This document shows, piece by piece, positions 33,945 through 35,945 of a stretch of DNA of 35,945 bases (position 1 is the stretch's first letter; each line of letters begins with the position of its first letter). Position numbers and translations under genes: made by a program. Source of the stretch: Phoronis australis (lineage: Eukaryota; Animalia; Phoronida); the NCBI GenBank assembly GCA_002633005.1, contig NMRA01000280.1, positions 525,588 to 561,532 of the forward strand. The letters run 5' to 3'. The notes under the pieces are model-generated. The model did no database searches. It worked only from the letters and a program-made list of their open reading frames with translations, and was not told the origin of the DNA.

Positions 33945-34489
33945 TTATATGTATTCAATGTTCATTACAATTGTATTCAATGTTTTGAAAATTTCTGTTC
34001 GATGTTCATTATATGTATTCGAAAATGTCAAGTTTTCGTTCGATGTCTTCCGGTTATATTCGATAATGGAACTCTGGGTAACTTGAAACGACGGCCGTGA
34101 TTGGTCAGCTGTGTTGAGACGTTATTTACCCGTGTTCACAAATATCGATGAAATGGGCTAAATTGTCGAAAAAATGAGGAAGAAACTCCGCCATTTATTT
34201 AATTCCAGGAACCAATCAGGGAAGTCGTTTCATAATACCCATAATTCCGTTATTGAACATATCAAAAGAAACATCGAACACATATAACGAAACCTCGAAC
34301 ATATAAAACGAAACATCGAACATATATACTAAGTTATCGCACATAAGTATTTTCATTATGGAATACAAATATTTTGATATCAAATGTACAAACTATAAGA
34401 TCAAATATAAATATAAGGTATCGAATACACATAATTACATCAAACCTAATTTTTTGAACATTGAATTTTGCAACACATAACACGCCATA
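33945..34489. mobile_element. Foldback-type palindromic MITE fragment with CGAACATAT subrepeats
   Basis: Inverted arms at about 34030-34105 and 34211-34325. Ends ...CACGCCATA directly before duplicated segment copy 2. Confidence 0.55.
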
Positions 34490-35945
34490 ACCTATGTAAA
34501 GGAACACACTTGCTACTGATGTGCGATGTTTCAACCTCTTACTTACCAAAGCAAGATAGCGGATACTGCTACCTTTTTATTGAGGCACATACCTCTTTTT
34601 TGTCCAAACCACACTTTCTCCTACAGAAAATGCAATATGTTTCAGTGATTTTAGTTTGAGAAATTTCATTTTGCTGATCATTTGTTTACTTTCACTTGAA
34701 CTTTACATTCACTGATGGCGCCTCTTGCCGCCATTTCAAATTTTTCATTTGATAAATTGAACAAGTATAACAAATGACATACTGTACAAGATGAACTGAA
34801 ACAATTGTTTTCTAAAAATTGCGGTTTTTGAGATATTTATGAATGATTTTTTTGTTTTGAATTCCCCTTAAGAAGATATTGAGGTGATCTTTCAGAAATT
34901 GTTTTGTTAATCCGATGTTTCGTTCTTGAGTTATCAAGAATTTTATGACAGCTTCGATATACCTTCCGGTGACTTCTCGGTAATTGATTGAAATTTGTTG
35001 CCGTGTCTCGGCGTCCCTTGACGGATTTTTCTAAAAATCGGTGTGTCGACAGATGTTGTTAAGCAGTGCCGTTTTACAACAGGGCCCACTAGGGCACTTG
35101 CAGGGGCCCCACGACTACAGAGACCCCACGTCTATCCATGACATAGTAAAAAGGGAAATGATACAAATATGGCAGTGAGAAAGTAAATAATAATAATAAT
35201 ACGTCTTACATCCATGAATAGGGCATCCATGTAATTTACTCAATAACGGACCCTGTATGCTAACATTTTGAACTATCACTTCGGGTTGACTAATGGCTTT
35301 CAAGTAAGCTGAATAAAGGTGTGCCCACACAAAACGAGAGCCCACACCTTATATTCGTAACATTTTCCTGTAAAATAACGCATGGCATTATTTGTACTTT
35401 TAAAGTTATGCCGATCATATTGGCTTCAAAGGCCCATATCTCTTCATGTATCATACGGAATAATTGAGTACTCTGAGACAATGGCAATTTTGAAGCGCTA
35501 AATGTGAATGTGACATCCTTCTCCGACAAATGCTTTTCCCGCAGTAGATTCGTTTACAATGGTTGTGTGCAAGGGAAGGGGGAAGGGCAAAGGGCCCAGG
35601 CCCTCTCTAGTACGGCCTTTTAGTGAGAGTGTGTGCAAAGGCTTTTTTGGGGCACCAAAGCACTTTTTGTAGCGCTTTTGGAGAGCACCAAAAATCGGTT
35701 CGTGCAAAAAAACAAATGAGAATACCGTATGATGCAATTTTCAAGGGAAGGGTGCATCCTTGTTCGTGGCTTCTTAGCTAACGGATATCACACCACCACT
35801 GTTTGCTTGTTCCTTTGCGAGACGTTCCTGACTACACATTTTACAAAGACCCTTACAACATATTGTTTTAAGTAAAATTGATCGTTTTGAAAGAATTACC
35901 GTTTCGTAGAAAATGACTGAAAATCCAGTTGAGCTTAATAATAAC
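34490..35945 (+). repeat. About 1.46-kb segment, copy 2, running off the window; probable alternate haplotype
   Basis: Matches 30334-31801 and lies downstream of N 33944. Confidence 0.85.

Overview
Eukaryotic, AT-rich, repeat-dense animal genomic DNA, most likely cnidarian. That assignment rests only on a recalled match to the nematogalectin-related lectin domain. Two spliced host genes are transcribed divergently. (1) On the minus strand, a two-exon secreted SUEL-type lectin (5303..5220 joined to 2107..1775) resembles nematogalectin-related but has no Gly-X-Y collagen segment. (2) On the plus strand, a secreted tandem F-type lectin (fucolectin/FTP domain) gene has four visible exons (26923..30298) and lacks the canonical fucose-binding residues. 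The rest is mostly transposon relics: three copies of a TTAA-flanked Kolobok-like element (two with a THAP remnant), a second Kolobok-like element with a spliced KolX/P2X7-C-terminal-like pseudogene, a decayed Ty3/Gypsy element with a tRNA-Trp PBS, two hairpin-ended Crypton-like elements, and MITEs with 1-, 5- and 8-bp target duplications. A 33-bp P-element-like footprint sits in the start of another THAP relic. Several single-N joins lie beside near-identical duplications that are probably haplotype or assembly overlaps. No CRISPR array, rRNA or intact tRNA was found. Family assignments are from motif recognition by eye, not database searches.
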